This document shows positions 60,325 through 64,000 of a DNA stretch of 64,000 bases, one piece after another. Made by a program: the position numbers and the translations under genes. The notes beneath the pieces are model-generated. The model made no database searches. It worked only from the letters and a program-made list of their open reading frames with translations, and was not told the origin of the DNA. This stretch comes from Candidatus Omnitrophota bacterium. Lineage in GTDB: Bacteria; Omnitrophota; Gorgyraeia; 2-01-FULL-45-10. The stretch spans positions 54,814 to 118,813 of the forward strand of contig JAUYOL010000036.1 in assembly GCA_030695905.1 (NCBI GenBank), read 5' to 3'. Position 1 is the first letter of the stretch, and every line of letters starts with the position of its first letter.

Positions 60325-61521
60325 TTATTTCGCGTTAGCGGTTATAAATTTTTCTATCACATTCATGATATAATCGATATGCTCATCGCCTAGATCCTGA
60401 TGAACTCCTATATGCAGGCCGTTATTACCCATAAACTCTGCGTTGGGAAAATCTCCTAATTTATAGCCCAGATAAGCAAACCCGGGGCATTGGGTGGGCA
60501 TTGAAGAAAAGAGATCCCGCGTATCAATGCCATTTTTCTCCAGATAATCCACAAATCTGTCCCGGCTAAAAGGCGAGCCCTCCTTAACAATGATGGGGAA
60601 AGCATGGGGCCCGATCTTCTCGTCTTTGTCTTCCTGTATCGTAGTCAAATAATCATCAAATTTCTTGAGGCGTTTTATCATCGTCAAAAGATTATGCCTT
60701 CTTTTATCTATGATCTTATCGTATATTTCCAGACTGCCCAAGCCAACGGCGGCCTCTAATTCATTCATCTTGGAAGAATATCCTACCCTTTCAAAGATAA
60801 ACCTTATGTCCTTGCCGTATTGAAACCTCTTTTTACAATAATCGGAAGCCGTGTTGACTATACATATATTACATTTACAGGCGCGGCCATGGCAACGGAG
60901 CGACCTTAATATATCAGCAAATTTCTCTTTATTGGCAGTAACAATGCCGCCCTCTATGGTAGTGATAATATGCGCGAGGTAAAGGCTATACGCGGCCATA
61001 TCCCCCCATTCTCCTACTTTCTTACCTTTATAGGCCGCTCCATGCGCCTCAGCGGCATCTTCTATTACATACAGATTGTTCCTTTTGGCTATTTTATTAA
61101 TAATATCCATTTCAGCCGGTTTGCCCATAAGGTGTACCGGCATGATAGCGCGTGTTTTTTTAGTGATAGTTTTTTCTATAAGATTCGCATCTATATTTAA
61201 TGTAGCTCTCTCGATATCCACAAATACCGGCTTAAATCCGGCATGTAAAACAGCATTACCTGTAGCAACGAAGGATAGGGCAGGGATGATTATTTCATCA
61301 CCGCGCTTCGCGCCAAAATCATAAAGCACCGCCAATGCCAATACATCGGCGTCGGTCCCGCTGCTGACAGCAACCGCTTCCTTCGCGTTTACAAGCTTGG
61401 CAAATTTTTTCTCAAACTCACGGACATATTTGCCGCTGGAAACCCTTTTTGAGTTAAGGGCTTTGCCAATAAGATCTTTAGATTTTTGCGTAATGTCTAT
61501 CGTTCCAAATGGAATCTTCAT
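60325..61521 (-). CDS. DegT-fold NDP-4-keto-6-deoxysugar 3-dehydratase (ColD/RfbH-like)
   Basis: SLYLAHIITTIEGG has His in place of the PLP Lys; Cys-rich insert GRACKCNIC. Confidence 0.75.
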   Translation of the reverse strand: MKIPFGTIDITQKSKDLIGKALNSKRVSSGKYVREFEKKFAKLVNAKEAVAVSSGTDADVLALAVLYDFGAKRGDEIIIPALSFVATGNAVLHAGFKPVFVDIERATLNIDANLIEKTITKKTRAIMPVHLMGKPAEMDIINKIAKRNNLYVIEDAAEAHGAAYKGKKVGEWGDMAAYSLYLAHIITTIEGGIVTANKEKFADILRSLRCHGRACKCNICIVNTASDYCKKRFQYGKDIRFIFERVGYSSKMNELEAAVGLGSLEIYDKIIDKRRHNLLTMIKRLKKFDDYLTTIQEDKDEKIGPHAFPIIVKEGSPFSRDRFVDYLEKNGIDTRDLFSSMPTQCPGFAYLGYKLGDFPNAEFMGNNGLHIGVHQDLGDEHIDYIMNVIEKFITANAK

Positions 61522-62212
61522 GCTTTTTCGCCTTTATATATCTTTCCGGGGTTCCAATATCGATAAAAAAACTTGATTTCGGATACCCGAAAGTCTTGCC
61601 TCCGGTCAATGACGGAAAAAAATCGCGTTCTAAAGAAAATCTTTTTCTTTGCGGCATTAGATCAAAGACCTGCCTGTCAAATATATAGACGCCGACATTG
61701 ACCAGGCATTTTTTTGCCTTGCTCCTTTTTTCATTAAAACTTTTTATACATAAAGATCTATCCAGCTCAACAATTCCGTATTCCCTGCCATCGGAAACCT
61801 GCCCTAATAATATCGAAACAACGGCCTTATTCTTATTATGAAATTTTACGAAATCTAAGGGGTTGAACTTACAATACGAATCTCCGTTCAAAACAAAAAA
61901 ATATCTGCTCCTTATTTTCTTTCTTGCATTCTTTACCGCGCCTCCCGTATCAAGAGGGCTTCTTTCTCGGGAAAATAAAATATTCAATCCGGTTTTTTTG
62001 TTACGGGTATAATGTTCTTTTATAGCTCCCGCCTTGTACCCCGTACCTAGAATAAAACGCCTGAATCCGAAACCTGCCATATAATTCAGGATCAGGTCAA
62101 GAAACGGCTTGCCGCCTATCTCCACCATGGGCTTGGGATTATTACGAGAAATCGCCCTTAATCTCTTTCCCAAGCCGCCGCAAAGAATAAAAACATCGAT
62201 ATCTTTGATCAT
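61478..62212 (-). CDS. hddC: Sugar-1-phosphate nucleotidyltransferase (HddC-like)
   Basis: GGLGKRL, PKPM, LNGDS, FSLE, FIDIGTPE; adjacent to HddA. Confidence 0.8.
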   Translation of the reverse strand: MIKDIDVFILCGGLGKRLRAISRNNPKPMVEIGGKPFLDLILNYMAGFGFRRFILGTGYKAGAIKEHYTRNKKTGLNILFSRERSPLDTGGAVKNARKKIRSRYFFVLNGDSYCKFNPLDFVKFHNKNKAVVSILLGQVSDGREYGIVELDRSLCIKSFNEKRSKAKKCLVNVGVYIFDRQVFDLMPQRKRFSLERDFFPSLTGGKTFGYPKSSFFIDIGTPERYIKAKKHEDSIWNDRHYAKI

Positions 62213-63201
62213 ATTTCCTGTGGATTATAGTAGATTATCTGGCTTCCCTCGTTCTCAAAATTAAATTTTACTTCCAGGAAATCTTCCAGGGCCTTTGAAA
62301 CCTTTTGCCGGTTCTCCGGCTTCACGAATAAAAGCATAAAACCCCCGCCGCCCGCGCCCAAAAGTTTTCCTCCGACAGCACCGGACTTTTGGGCCTTTTC
62401 ATACAAGCTATCTATCTGGGGGTTCGATATTCTTTTCGAAAATTGCTTCTTGATCTGCCAGGATTCATGAAGCAGTTTTCCGAACTCCGAGATGTCCTGG
62501 TTGCTGTTCAGGACATCAACAGCGCGGTCAACCATCTGACGCATCTTATTCAGCTCTTTTTCTTTCTCCGGGGTATTTCTGATCTGCTCCGCGGCGATCT
62601 CTGAGGCAAAACGCGAAAATCCAGTGAATATCAACATAAGATGGTCTTGCAAATGACCGATTTTTTCTTTAGGTAAAGTCATCGCCTCTACTCTGAAATT
62701 ATGGTCATTGTGAAAAATTATCTTATTGAACCCCCCGTGCGCAACGGCGATCTGATCCTGCGAACCTACATTTTCCTTGAGCACGACCCTTTCTATGTGG
62801 ATCGCTTCCTTTGCCAATTGCTCCTTAGAGACTATTTTGCCTTTCAAGGCATAAAGAGAATTAAGCATACCTACCGTAAAGGATGAGCTTGACCCCAATC
62901 CCGACCTGGCAGGCAGATCCCCGTCATGATGCACCTCTACCCCTTTATCAATTTTAAAATATTCCAACAACGCCCTGACTACCGGATGCTTAATGTCTGC
63001 GGATGATTTTATGTTCTCTACTATAGAATAAACGATCCTGTGTTTATGTTCAAAAAACGGAGGCAGGTAACGTATGTTTATATAGCAATATTTATCTATG
63101 GTAGTGGATAGCACGGCGCCTCCGCATTTTTCAAACCAGGCGGGATAATCTGTGCCGCCGCCAAAAAAAGAAATCCTAAAAGGAGTTTTGCTTATTATCA
63201 T
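62209..63201 (-). CDS. hddA: GHMP kinase, heptose-7-phosphate kinase-like
   Basis: PFRISFFGGGTD, GLGSSS, GSQDQ, GKLLGAGGGG. Confidence 0.85.
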   Translation of the reverse strand: MIISKTPFRISFFGGGTDYPAWFEKCGGAVLSTTIDKYCYINIRYLPPFFEHKHRIVYSIVENIKSSADIKHPVVRALLEYFKIDKGVEVHHDGDLPARSGLGSSSSFTVGMLNSLYALKGKIVSKEQLAKEAIHIERVVLKENVGSQDQIAVAHGGFNKIIFHNDHNFRVEAMTLPKEKIGHLQDHLMLIFTGFSRFASEIAAEQIRNTPEKEKELNKMRQMVDRAVDVLNSNQDISEFGKLLHESWQIKKQFSKRISNPQIDSLYEKAQKSGAVGGKLLGAGGGGFMLLFVKPENRQKVSKALEDFLEVKFNFENEGSQIIYYNPQEI

Positions 63202-64000
63202 TTCAGTACCTTTCTCCCCAATCTTGTTTCTGACATTTTCTCTACATTAGTCCTTACTGCTGGCCCAAATTTTTTCTCAAGCATACTTAAATAAGCCGGA
63301 TTACTAAAATATCTATGGAACGCATCATCTCTAAATTTTAAAACTTCTTTAGCGCTGACATGTTTGGTAGGTAAGGGTAACGTCTCATATGAATGTTGTG
63401 AAAAACCATGCCATTCTTCGGGAAGTTCCCATTCCTCTTTCTTTGCAATGCCGTACAACTTAGAGCCCGGATATGCCATGGCGCAATAAAAATTGGCAAA
63501 TTCACAACTAAGATCCATTGCCATATCGAGCGTTTCCTGCATCGTCTCCATGGTGTCATCAGGCAAACCAAAGATATAGTTCCCGATAACCCTGATGCCT
63601 TCATCCTGAATAATCCGGACAACATTTTTCACATCCTTCACCCTCATCTTCTTAGAGGAACTGTCCCTTATATCAGCGTTTGCAGACTCAATGCCAAGGG
63701 CAATCCAGTTTATCCCCGCTTTTTTCATTTTTTCTAAATTTTCGGGTTTCACCGTATCAACGCGCGCGTATGCCCAAATATTTAAATCGTAGCGTCTTTC
63801 TAAAAGCAAGTCTACGATCTTCATATAATGGCGTTCATCCAGCACAAATAATTCATCAACAATCTTGATATTCCTGACGCTGTATTCTTGTACCAAAATA
63901 CCTATCTCATCAACAACCATATGCGGGCTTCTGTATCGTATGCCGGGCTTCCCGAAAAGCGCGTTTATACAACAAAAGATACAATCATACGGACAGCCAA
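63198..64000 (-). CDS. Radical SAM protein of the B12-binding family, 5' end outside window
   Basis: Frame is open past the ORF-track start and reads GCPYDCIFCCINALFG; DELF, LGIES. The B12 domain is inferred, not visible. Confidence 0.85.
   Translation of the reverse strand, partial: GCPYDCIFCCINALFGKPGIRYRSPHMVVDEIGILVQEYSVRNIKIVDELFVLDERHYMKIVDLLLERRYDLNIWAYARVDTVKPENLEKMKKAGINWIALGIESANADIRDSSSKKMRVKDVKNVVRIIQDEGIRVIGNYIFGLPDDTMETMQETLDMAMDLSCEFANFYCAMAYPGSKLYGIAKKEEWELPEEWHGFSQHSYETLPLPTKHVSAKEVLKFRDDAFHRYFSNPAYLSMLEKKFGPAVRTNVEKMSETRLGRKVLK

Noticed and set aside
33-63868. The many plus-strand ORFs of 60-180 aa and short nested minus-strand ORFs
   Set aside because: They lie antisense to or inside well-supported genes and show no recognisable motifs; treated as shadow ORFs.

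Overview
The whole window is one very large, tightly packed, minus-strand cell-surface glycan biosynthesis and tailoring locus of about 58 genes, open at both ends. I found no rRNA, tRNA, CRISPR array or transposase. In transcription order (64000 to 1) it encodes: a GDP-heptose/deoxysugar block (HddA/HddC-like, His-type C3-dehydratase, Fcl-like) and a frameshifted carbamoyltransferase; a Gmd/perosamine-type block with many polyprenol-phosphate GT2 and GT-C transferases; a small HTH regulator behind a near-consensus sigma70 promoter with 10-bp-phased direct repeats; a pseudaminic-acid-type pathway that lacks PseG but has an endonuclease-IV-like/GNAT fusion and an amidotransferase cassette; Wzx; an aldolase/KdsB/SDR block containing a glycyl radical enzyme and its activase; several cobalamin-dependent radical SAM enzymes and methyltransferases; a GT4-RtcB-kinase-flippase-GT-C cassette; and a formyltransferase/ArnD-like fusion. 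The most striking theme is apparent recruitment of non-glycan enzyme families (RtcB RNA ligase, dTMP kinase, endonuclease IV fold, glycyl radical enzyme) into glycan tailoring. Gene content suggests an anaerobe, possibly Omnitrophota-like (inference only). All calls come from motif recognition by eye, reference motifs and residue numbers are recalled from memory, and no searches were run.
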